Below, piece after piece: positions 52,801 through 64,000 of a DNA stretch of 64,000 nt (its first letter is position 1; each line of letters starts with the position of its first letter). The position numbers were made by a program, and so were the translations under genes. The notes below the pieces were generated by a model that searched no databases, was not told the DNA's origin, and worked only from the letters and a program-made list of their open reading frames with translations. The stretch is from Ylistrum balloti (lineage: Eukaryota), in NCBI RefSeq assembly GCF_031769215.1, contig NW_026782138.1:248001-312000 (forward strand). The letters are read 5' to 3'.

Positions 52801-55800
52801 ACCTCATCGTCTTTCTTCAAATGACTCTGGCTGACACGAGGAAGTAAAATCGTATACAAGCAAGCGTGCGTTGGATGACGCCAAACTTTCATTGGTTGAC
52901 TCTTTTACAACATAAGCCATCTAGAATATGATCTTGGGTGTTACCAAAACGTCTGAGTAATCCCAAAAATCCTCCTTTTTTTACCTCCAAAAGACATACT
53001 CCACGCGCCAAATTTAGGTCAGGATTTTCATATTTAAGTTAACGGAAACTGGGTAAAAACTTCATTTTTTATACCTCTTTTAAAAATATAAATAGACATA
53101 ATCTCTACTGCATATCTGAGTCCGTTTTGCATCTGATATCAAATCCTTATTTTATTATCATTATTCTGGTAATACTTTTAAAATACTGAATATTTTTTTA
53201 TTCTGAGAATGTGTTCTTCCTTTTTGATATGGTACATCCGCATTAGATAACACATACTGTATATAATCTAGCAGTGATTTAGATATGAGACAATTTTACA
53301 GCCCCTTTTCCTTCTTCAGCACCAAACATAAACTATCTGTCTTACCCTTTCTTTTTGGTATGAATTCAATGACTATAAAGTTTAGTAATCGAAAACTTTA
53401 TCAGAAAGACATCCTGTACAACAGTTTACGTATGGTATTCTACTTCACTGAACACGTTATATAAATGACATGGTTCCTTTCCGACAGCCCGGTATAGTAT
53501 TGAATCCCTTCTTGTTGAAACAACGATGAATTAGTTCACCCTTTTAGAGATATCGACCAAGAATCGTCACTTGACGTAAGCGGAAGCTCGCGAAATTCGG
53601 ATCAAGGACATTCTAAGATTATCCGTGAACGCTCGATCCATCACTTTCGGTCCAGTGCAAACGCCACTGAACCATATTATGTCTGTAAACACAAATTCAA
53701 TAACAGTACAAGATAAAAGACATGACCAGGAAAATAGCAATATAAAAAAAGAAATAACTCCACTGTTTGACAACTGTTCTACAAATATTTATATTTTCCC
53801 GGAAATTACCATTTCATCATAAACTATAAATAACAAAAACTGAAGCTATCACCACAATGGCCTGGATTTTTATTGGATATGCCCATGGTTGTTTCACAAT
53901 TGTCACTTTATCGCTCATCATCAAGAAAGGCAGTGTACGTCTGCTAGAATCAGGCATTAACATTCCAGTGATACATGCCTTCCTTGAATGACACGTCAGA
54001 ATATATTGTCTGAAGAGTACACATCACAATGTAGGTTATTCAGAGGCTGCCAATGTCTCGATTGCCTCTGTCAGGACCGTAGCTATACGTAAATCATTGT
54101 GGCATCATAAAGTCTTATTCCAACATAATCTTATCAATACTAGCATCAATGTTTCAGCCTAGCTGATTGACTTATTTTTATTGCAAGTCACGTGGGACAG
54201 CTTCACCATTTTTCCGTCGGTAACGTAAAAGTGAAGTGATGTAAAAAAAAAAACCCGAATCCAATTCCCGATTGGAATACTTGTGTTCTTATAAACCAGA
54301 CCCAGTACAATTAGTATACATCTAATCATAATAAACATAGCAGCTTTACTTTATTATAGAAATGAAAAAATGAAGATGACACAAATGTTTTCATTTTGTT
54401 CGTGATCCCCAGAGCGAAAGGTAATCATTACAAATGGTGTTCCTTGGTAACGAGGAACGATGTAATGAAGATGTAGTGACCGCGTGGAATGACACAAGAC
54501 AATGCTTGTGACACCATGGAAACAGATCTTAATTGTTATAGATCGTCTGACTTAAAGTTACATGTAAAAACTCACAAAACTGTCACTTGCAATCATTGAA
54601 ATATTTGCAGATCAATGCAAATTGCCATTAGCTTTAAATAAGATAATATATTTTTAAACCCTATGTATAGATAAGAGTTATTTTTTAATTCCAAAAGCAT
54701 GATCCAAATACCAGTCTTGGGAAAATGTCTTATTTCATGTCCCATCACAAAATTTACTAACAATATATCTTGATTACGTCAGTAGGCCATGTCATGGTAT
54801 CCATAGTAACAGGAGATATAGAATATCATTTGTTCAGTAACCATAGAATTTGACAATTTGGAATGTGTCTTTTCCAAACTTTCATTAACTTACATCTGGA
54901 GTTAGCGAATTTTCCATTCAAAATTGGCCGTTACATCTTTCACTGCATATTTATAAAATACTAAATGCGGTTATTAGGATCAACATGTCTGAATAGCAGA
55001 CCCATCAAAACCAAAAGACAAAGGACAATAAACCACGCAAATTGTACATAAAACACGCGATATACATCACTCACGTAGAGAAAATGTCTGTTTCTTTGAT
55101 ATAAATTCTATGATAAACCTTGAGATCTGTTTAACTATTAATGATTTGCTGCATAATATCTCACACTACCTGACACAACAACTGATTTAGTTCCACTATC
55201 TACAGCAGGTACCATATATATATGTCATATCGAGCTGATGTTCTGACATTTATGAGAATGCAGGTAAAATAGTGGCAGAGTCAGATCATCTAATATAAAT
55301 AGTTTTAAAAAGTGAGTGAAATTTATAGTGCCTCATGTTAACAATTTACCTTAATCTCCCTTTCTCTCTTCTCTTTCTCTGAACATGCAATATATAGATA
55401 ACGCATGAAATATTGTCAGTACTGTTGCATTGCTGAAGTAAGAATATAAGGAGACAGGATTTGCAGTAGTATTATGTACTCGTTTGTTCCACTGCAAGAT
55501 ACGATAATAAGATGAAGTATAAACTTATCTCAAAAGGAAGTTACGATATTCATCTCTATTTCGTAGTCATTCATATTCCATCTGCTGTGAACGCATGAGA
55601 TTTATTTTAGCTAACAAGCAAATTTTGATAAATTATTACTGATTTTTAAAATAAAAAACGCACTTGGAAAATGCATAATAAAAATAAAATTTATTGCCAA
55701 CTTGATCAATATCAGCCAATTTTGGGGGGATGGAAACAAGGTAACGGTGTTATACGAAATAGATTAAAGGATTTTAGAGTCACGAGACAATAAGCAAATT

Positions 55801-56291
55801 ATCACATATTTTGTCGATGTTGATAAAACCAGAAAAACTCAATAGGAAATTTTCAGCTTCTAAGTAAATTTCATAGCAGGCAAATTGACAATGGCGGAAG
55901 GTGTGTTCAGGAAGCAACACATGTACACTCTGAAACAGAATCAATTTGTGACAAATTTTTAAGACTACAGGGGCATCATAGATGTTATTCGTGAGACGGA
56001 AATACCGGATGGCAACATCTCAGAAATATTCAAAAGAAGATAAATGAAGTTTTGGAATATATTTGTGTCTTGGGTCATATAAACCCACCAGCTTAAAATC
56101 TATATATTTCAGAAAGCTGTAGACACGTTATTTTGTATCTAGGCCAAACATTTAAAGGTGTTTTGAAGGTCAAAACACTATGTTCCTCTCTCTTCGATCG
56201 CCTCCATATCAAGGATTGTACAAAAACACAAAGGTGTAGAACATTTTCATAATCTAGTGTAAGATACAGTAGAGCCAAACAATGAATTAAA

Positions 56292-56338
56292 CTGCATCAT
56301 ACACCTGTTTCGTCCTTCTATGACTTGTCGGTGATGCT
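56292..56338 (-). ncRNA. Degenerate hammerhead ribozyme copy (core mutated), sense to the mGluR transcript
   Basis: The minus strand reads agcatca-CCGACAA-GTCA-tagaa-GGAC-GAAA-caggtg-TA-tgatgca. The upstream flank ggattttccttagtcgcctcctagacttcaaa aligns with ggatttccctcagttgcctcctacatttcaaa at 728-759. Confidence 0.72.
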
Positions 56339-57959
56339 AAAGGCCGACAATTTGAAGTCTAGGAGGCGACTAAGGAAAATCCAAAGTTATCAAAAGAAAA
56401 GTCAAAATCTAGACGGGGAGGTGCAACAGCTCCATAATCAGATAAATTTCGCAATTTTCATTAATCAGATAATTTTAGAATAGCGCCAAGTACATGTGTA
56501 TTTGCTGAACCATGCCACTATTGGAGAGAATTAAAACGTGGAAAGCAGGTATCAATTCCTTAATATAAAAATGTGCCTAAAAATAGTATACATCTCGTAA
56601 GAAACTTCTTAAGCATCAAGTTAACATGCTGAATATACTTATCAAGAATTCAAAAAACTACATTTGTATCATACCAGACATATTGTTTGCATTACTGAGT
56701 TAAAAGGAGTCTTTACATGAGGCAACATATCATTATATTGATATTTTATTTACACGTATCAACATCAGAGTCGCTAATTGAAAACATCATTCTTTCTGCT
56801 TTGAATTTAAAAGTAGAGGCATTTATTGTACAATTTATGACAGATATGACGTTGTTAGCAGCAGGATATGATCGAGAAAGTTACATGTGCCTATGTTTAA
56901 AAGAGACACCCACCTCCCCCTCCCCCTCGAAAGCAATGCCTTCAACACGAAGAATGAACAACTGTTGCTTGTCGAGTATTGCTATGTCGTCAAGAGGGTT
57001 GTACAATAGCCTGACAAACATTCCGTGTATATAAGGAGGGGAGGGTGGGTACAAATAAAAGTCTCCTCACACTTACAACTGGAAAGAAAGGGGGAAACGC
57101 TTCATATCCCAGTAAAAAGTGCCGAAAATAATCAGCAGTTTGATCTCCTTTTATTTTTTGCAGAATAAACCTTGAATGTACTGAAAACATTTAATGATGC
57201 ATATTTCTGTTTCCCTAGCGAATGATTTATAACACGTGTGTTGACTTTATCGCTAGCTCATTCTTATAAAGTCGTATTAGTACGTTAATGTATAAGCATT
57301 TTACAACCCCTTTTCCGTGACCTTCCATTAATCCGTTAACATGTTTCTTTGTCAAAGAGTATTTTACCACTATTTTGACATATACTTCACCATAACTTTT
57401 CAACCTATCTCACTGACCTATAGTGTGGATTCGCATTAGCAATTGAAATGAGTGTGCATTTGATTGGAGATCAGAGAAAGGATAAAATGATGACTACAGC
57501 AAAATTTAATACATTCATTATAAATATAATTCATCAATATTATCACGGTTTATAAATAAATTTGTTCTAAAACATGTTAGGCTGGAAAACGAACGGATAC
57601 TTGTTTCGCGTATAGTTCATGTGCGAAAGCGAATTCATCATTCTTCATTCGTTCACATTGCAATAAAAATTATATCACTAATTATATTTAAGTGAAAAGA
57701 AATTCTGACAAAATTATGCTTCCATAAAAATGTGAAGTATTCTCATGACTCTTTACAATTTTATCTCTTTGAAGTAAACGATAAAAAAACGACAACATTA
57801 ACACCAATTGTATTGTTCTCCATGGAGTATATGCCAAGGAATACGTTGGTAAATTTTTCGTATCCATCCGTAAGCATGTTTTTACTCATATCTTGATGTT
57901 TGGCGTGGTAAAGAAAACATTCTGTTCGCCACCATGTCCCTGACTAGAGATCTCCTTGT

Positions 57960-58120
57960 GTTAATGACTATCTTTAGCATTTTTCAGACACCAGTTTACT
58001 ACTCTGACAATTTATATTCGATCTACTCCTCAAGTAATGACCATTTAAGTATTGTTTTTCTTCCTACTTCTCTACAAACTCAGCACCATTTCCAGGAAAT
58101 TTCTGGTAGTGTAATCCTCG
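57960..58120 (-). mobile_element. Possible retroviral-type integrase core fossil
   Basis: The minus frame GLHYQKFPGNGAEFVEK*EEKQYLNGHYLRS...CQSSKLVSEK resembles G.P..I.SDNG.EF....F...NGI....S.Y.PQSNG.VER. It has stops and no LTRs were seen. Confidence 0.25.
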
Positions 58121-59698
58121 AGAGCTTTTATTTCAAGGTACCCTCTCTTTGGTATAATTAAGTACCAATCAAGTCTATTCTCGATGACAGTTTATTAAGA
58201 AGAGAATCAATAAAACGTGCCTCACCCTTAGATTATGTAAATGTGAAAGAGTTGGGTGGGAATTGGCACTGTTCGAGATAGACATGAACACAAGGCTTCT
58301 GTTGTGTTGGTGTTGGGCAATGTCGTCATTTAGTCAAATCAGTAACACAGATAGTCTCCCGAGGAATTTAATTTATTTGACTCACACTTGGTATGCGGCA
58401 AAACGTACATCGGCATGAAAGTTGTCCGTAAGATATTTACATAACAGACTGCGTCGAAACAGTACATCTGACAGTGAAGATATATTTCCATCAGTAAGTT
58501 TTGAAAATAGTTCAACTCCAATATCAATCAAATTCAACAAAATGTATCTGCTAATTGAATAAACATATTCCAAACCAGAAAAACGGTCCAACTTGGCTGG
58601 AATTCAAAATAAAAGTCCATAGACACGATACTCTTTTATATAACTCACATGTATAGCAGTATGTTGCATTTCCAACCAGCATATATCAATTTATAGATAT
58701 CGGTCAACATGCAAAATGTATATATGTCTGAAATAAAGCAACTTGTTCATCACTTATAAAATCCTTATCAAGAGTATATACACATTACATAAAAATCAGA
58801 ACACGATAATTGAATTTGTTGAATAATTATGCGATCGTAAATTATAAATATACGAACAATGTTAGATGCAATAAGGCTTGCCTGGATTTTGGAAATTGAT
58901 AAAGTCCGTCCTTGTGTTGTATATATCAATATATTTCACACGTCAGTCGTCTTTATTCTCGACGGAAAGTTAATTGGCAGCTCGTCGGATTTCATTACAA
59001 ATCAATAACTCACTTACTCATAAACATTAGCGTTATATAGGTGTATTATAACCGTACATGCATCTACTCATCTAGAATTATAGGAAAATTATTACAATTT
59101 CCATTAAGCTACGTGTAATTCTGTGGTCCTTGCGAAAGACCACCGGCACCAGTACAGCACTAGATCACGTGTTCCTATTATCACTACGTCACATCATCAT
59201 ATCTCTATACTTACTTCATATGTATCAATGTAAGACGCGTCCCTTCTGAAGATGGACCGTGTATGATACTCGCCATATGTTCTATCTTAGAATACAAAAC
59301 CCAGCATATATCAATAGTTGTGTTTCAAAATAATCAAAATGTTGGCGTAATAACAGTCATTGTTTACTTCCGGCACCGCCTTTTTTTTTAACTCTTTCGA
59401 GGAATTGTCTTGCATGTTTACTACGTGCTGTTATTTTGAGCTTTTTTTCCATTCTGATCAGTGAGAGCATTGGGGAAAAAGTCTTACATTCGAGATGTGC
59501 TATAAGAATGTATAAATACCAGTTAAACTACTAAAGTGAATGGAGATCAATTATTACAATATGATTGATAATAATCTTTACGATAATGTGTCAAATTACC
59601 GGTCGGAACATTGTATAAACTGGTTGAATCAATAGTATACATTAATGTTGAGGAAGTACAGCAGTTAAGGTCCAATGATTTTGGCGGAAACATTCATA

Positions 59699-60783
59699 TG
59701 AAATGTGTATGTTTCTCACATTGTTCTGATCTGAAATGTGTGTTTCTCGCATTGTTCTGTTTATAAATGTGTATGTTTCTCACATTGTTCTGATCTGAAA
59801 TGTGTATATGTTTCTCACATTGTTCTGTTTTGAAATGTGTATGTTTCTCACATTGTTCTGGTCTGAAATGTGTGTTTCTCGCATTGTTCTGTTTATAAAT
59901 GTGTATGGTTCTCACATTGTTCTGATCTGAAATGTGTATGTTTCTCACATTGTTCTGGTCTGAAATGTGTATGTTTCTCACATTGTTCTGGTCTGAAATG
60001 TGTGTGTTTCTCACATTGTTCTGGTCTGAAATGTGTATGTTTCTCACATTGTTCTGTTTTGAAATGTGTATGTTTCTCACATTGTTCTGATCTGAAATGT
60101 GTATGTTTCTCACATTGTTTTGGTCTGAAATGTGTTTGTTTCTCACATTGTTCTGGTCTGAAATGTGTTTGTTTCTCACATTGTTCTGGTCTGAAATGTG
60201 TATGTTTCTCACATTGTTCTGGTCTGAAATGTGTATGTTTCTCACATTGTTCTGGTCTGAAATGTGTATGTTTCTCACATTGTTCTGGTCTGAAATGTGT
60301 ATGTTTCTCACATTGTTCTGGTCTGAAATGTGTATGTTTCTCACATTGTTCTGATCTGAAATGTATATGTTTCTCACATTGTTCTGTTTATAAATATGTA
60401 TGTTTCTCACATTGTTCTGATCTGAAATGTGTATGTTTCTCACATTGTTCTGGTCTGAAATGTGTTTGTTTCTCACATTGTTCTGGTCTGAAATGTGTAT
60501 GTTTCTCACATTGTTCTGGTCTGAAATGTGTGTGTTTCTCACATTGTTCTGATCTGAAATGTGTGTGTTTCTCACATTGTTCTGGTCTGAAATGTGTGTG
60601 TTTCTCACATTGTTCTGATCTGAAATGTGTATGTTTCTCACATTGTTCTGATCTGAAATATATATGTTTCTCACATTGTTCTGGTCTGAAATGTATATGT
60701 TTCTCACATTGTTCTGGTCTGAAATGTATATGTTTCTCACATTGTTCTGATTTGAAATGTTTATGTTTCTCACATTGTTCTGG
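59699..60783. repeat. 33-bp minisatellite, about 33 copies; consensus gtttctcacattgttctggtctgaaatgtgtat
   Basis: Directly visible tandem array with 31- and 35-bp variants at the left end. The (CVCFSHCSGLK)n and (NVRNIHISDQN)n ORFs are its frames. Confidence 0.97.
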
Positions 60784-61699
60784 ACATCGATAAGGAAAAT
60801 GTGACTGAGAAATCAACTGGATGAGAGTCACATTATTTATTTCCCTGTCATGTGATCAGTGTAATGTAATCACTGTTATATATGTGTCTTATAGTTATGC
60901 CCAGCACTTCGTCTATTGGAACTCCAGATATTTGCACGGAGTTAAATCTCATTTTTTTCTCTTAAATAACACCTGTTCCGATTCTAGTCTTCTATTATCA
61001 TTCTGAGACCTTATACTACATATATCTATCTTTACGTTACAACGTACTACAGGTTTTTGTTTCATAATATTCAGTGCATATACGTCTGTATATATAGTTA
61101 ATGTGATGTCATCATAGCCCGTTTTTCTAGTTTTAAAGCCCTCTAACTATAGAATCCAGGAGTACGTTTCATAAATACCATATGAAATGGAAACACAGGT
61201 ATATAAGAGTATACATCTATTGACACGACTGTATCCGTTATGCCCACTCAAGTTTATCTTTTCTCCCCACATTTGTTTTCTTTGTTGTTTTCCTGGAAGT
61301 CGACAGGAAGTTATGGCCAACTAGTGTAAAGCAAGAAGTGCATCTACTTACATCAAGTGCATCATGCGTAGTACATGTTCTCACGGTCTGCACAACGTAT
61401 TTGTGGTTTTACTTGTAGATACCGTGGTATATGATCATAGATTAAATAGTAGGAATACTAAGGGTGAATATATATATCTATAATCGTAGTAACATATTTT
61501 CGAGCCACATACATGTGTTTCATATTGTAATCATACATTAAGTTTCCAAAGTATAAAGAACATCAACGATCAATTTCCTCAATTACGTAAAAAAAACGCA
61601 ATTATGTTTTCGTTTTTCACTTTTTTCATATTATCAGATCAGCAATAGTAAAAACATACCAACTTTACTCGGCATTTATGACACCAATTTACAGTTGAT

Positions 61700-61910
61700 A
61701 TACCTCATTTGGGAACGTGACGTTACTGACTTGGATTGACCATGATTGACATGGTGAGTGTCGTGGATGAGGCAGTAGACGCTTTCTCTTTAGGAATACC
61801 TGGTCTTATTCTCCTTGCACGTTTTCAAGAGTCTCCTTGTAAATCTTCCTTTTATTTATATTTCCCCATTAATTAGTGAGCTTGAATTATGATTCTGTTG
61901 ACATGTTTTT
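61700..61910 (+). mobile_element. 3' UTR fragment of the Naiad-type element
   Basis: ctcatttgggaacgtgacgttac...catggtgagtgtcgtggatgaggcagtagacgctttctctttaggaatacctggtcttattctccttgcac. Confidence 0.8.
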
Positions 61911-63049
61911 CCTGGTTGTTTTTGACATCGCTCATTGGCCAGTCAAGATATTAAATGTTCAATGAGAAAACCCTTATCTGCAAATCTAATTTAAAAAAAA
62001 AAGAACTTTTGTTAATAAGAGAGAAAATTCACTGCAATACATAAGAATTATATGAATATGTAAATACAGGCTATTATAATAAATATTCATGATAGGTATG
62101 TAAAATTATATTAGATAAAGTATCTTCAAGTAGTCCACACAGATCCATGACAAAGGAGGCTCCACGTAATGACCTAATGGTGTATTAATGTTTTAAAATA
62201 CCCTTGGGTATAAATCACATTGTATAATTATTCTCTTCAATGTATACGTGTGTCTGTGGTAGAAGTTACAGTGTCTTTCGCGTTATCGAAAATTGTTGAC
62301 AACATATTAATAACAAGCCTAACGTATTTACAATGGAGATGATTGACAACCATTTTGTCTCACTAGCGAACGTTAACGCTTGGTAAGTTTCGGCTCGTTA
62401 TCTACATATACATGTAGTTAAGAAGCGTAATCGATCTGGATTTTGCAGATTTTTTGTCATCCACTCACACAGGGAACTTGTACTCTGACAAGTGTCATGT
62501 GACTTACTTATCAAATAATGAATGGTTTATCAGGCTGATGTTAACCTAATATGCTAAGTTTCCATTACAAAATATACAAAACAAATTATTCTAATCGCAA
62601 TGTCCTTGTGACTTTGGTATTACAGTAACAAAGATTTCAGGATATCAGCAGTTTAAAACCCACTGGAAGTTAACGTTACATAATTATGGGTCACATGTGT
62701 TGCCATACATGTATGAATCGGTGACTGGTTACCCCGAGTAGAATGTCTTTGATTCTGCACTAAGTAACCTTTTTGTATTGATGTACAAGTCAGTTATCGA
62801 TATAATCAAACATAACATACCGCAAAAATGTTAGTAATTGAAAGCCAAAACCAACAGTGTAAGATAGTGCCTGCTGTTTTGTTATTTATGAAAAACGGAT
62901 TAGCTATTCCCCGAAACTATTCTTATTTGCAATTTAATGTATTTTGTCTTCATCTTCTCGACCAACTGACGTTTTATATACATAAGCTTTTCCGAAAATT
63001 GTTGTAAATTTGTGTTACACTGCTAAACCAACTTATAAAACACTGTTTC

Positions 63050-63365
63050 CAAAGTTTCAAGTTTTATGGTGGTTTCAATGATCGCTTTAGAAATATTCTG
63101 TTTCCTTGCGTCATATGAGATTGGCTGGTGGTTTCGTTCTTATCTATTTTGTTCTCGTTTGGTAACGTGACATTACTTACTTGCATTTACCAAGATTTAC
63201 ATGGTGTCTTTAATGAAGCATAAAACGCTAACTTTTCCGGAACACCCGGTCACTTATTTCCCTAGTACTTGGTCAATGGTCTTCGTGTAAATTTATCCAT
63301 TCTTAATGTTTTGCCAAAGTTTTATCGAATTTGAGTTTTAGTTAAGATGATGTTGACATGCCCGT
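63050..63365 (+). mobile_element. Naiad-type RT C-terminal remnant plus 3' UTR
   Basis: gttttatggtggtttcaatga (approx. FYGRHND), then gttctcgtttggtaacgtgacattac...tttacatggtgtctttaatgaagcataaaacgctaacttttccggaacacccgg and the tail. Confidence 0.75.
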
Positions 63366-64000
63366 AATTTGTTTTTTTTTTTTTTTTTTCCTGCAACAGA
63401 TAACGTATGTATAACTACAAAGACAATTCGGAACCGGCCAAAGCCGTTTAAGGGATGAAGAAATAGAATGGCAATGCGTTCTAGGAGTGATTGCCCTCAG
63501 AAGGGAAATATTGTGTACATGATTGTCACCCTATAGATCATTATTGTTCCATTGATATCTCATAACTCTGAATACCGTAATAATCCATGTAACTATTCAT
63601 GTTATGGAGATACGATGAACTGAATGAAAACAACAGAATTATTTACTCAGAAACACATAGATAAATATCACTAAAACGATACGACTGGTTCTTCTGTTTT
63701 ATCAATGACAATCGGTCAAAATAACTATAGCACAGACATAGAATTATATAACAAAACTGTGTCCATTATTAGAATACTAGTTCCACAACGACCAAAGTTT
63801 TAGACCTCTTGTACTTCCATTGCACATAGCGATATTTACTGGTCAGCATTAATGGGCAGTAGAATGCCGAAGGGGTATGTAAACTTAGAGCATGTCAGAC
63901 TTAGTAGGTGAAAAAGACGTACCACTGATGTTACATTTGTGAATCAAGGGAAACGTACTGCAGATGATGTGAGATATAATTAATGTCGAGATTTCAGGTG

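Noticed and set aside
53315-53335. ttcagcacc as an RE1/NRSE silencer
   Set aside because: Only the left half-site is present, and REST is not established in this lineage.
59694-60793. CRISPR array or metallothionein-like gene
   Set aside because: The repeats are contiguous with no unique spacers, there are no cas genes, and the context is eukaryotic. The Cys-rich frame is a repeat translation with frame-breaking units.

Overview
AT-rich eukaryotic genomic DNA, probably from an invertebrate. The repeat families resemble those of bivalve molluscs (inference). The only intact host coding sequence is five consecutive minus-strand exons (6927 down to 3073, 349 codons) of a group I metabotropic glutamate receptor (mGluR1/5-like). 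They cover the second half of the Venus flytrap domain and the cysteine-rich domain. The 7TM exon should lie left of position 1, and I found no N-terminal exon in the 57 kb to the right, so most of the window is probably one very long intron. That intron contains about 14 decayed fragments of a Penelope-like element with a C-terminal RT (Naiad-type), three degenerate minimal type I hammerhead ribozymes of one family, decayed L1/Tx1-like and other transposon remnants, a Helitron-like 3' end, five minisatellites and a duplicated trinucleotide-repeat block. There are no rRNA, tRNA, CRISPR or prokaryotic features. The long ORFs in the ORF track are artefacts of tandem repeats. The most interesting signals are the hammerhead family, whose best-preserved copy is antisense to the host transcript, and a hairpin retained by most truncated copies of the retroelement 3' end. 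I see no convincing new protein-coding system.
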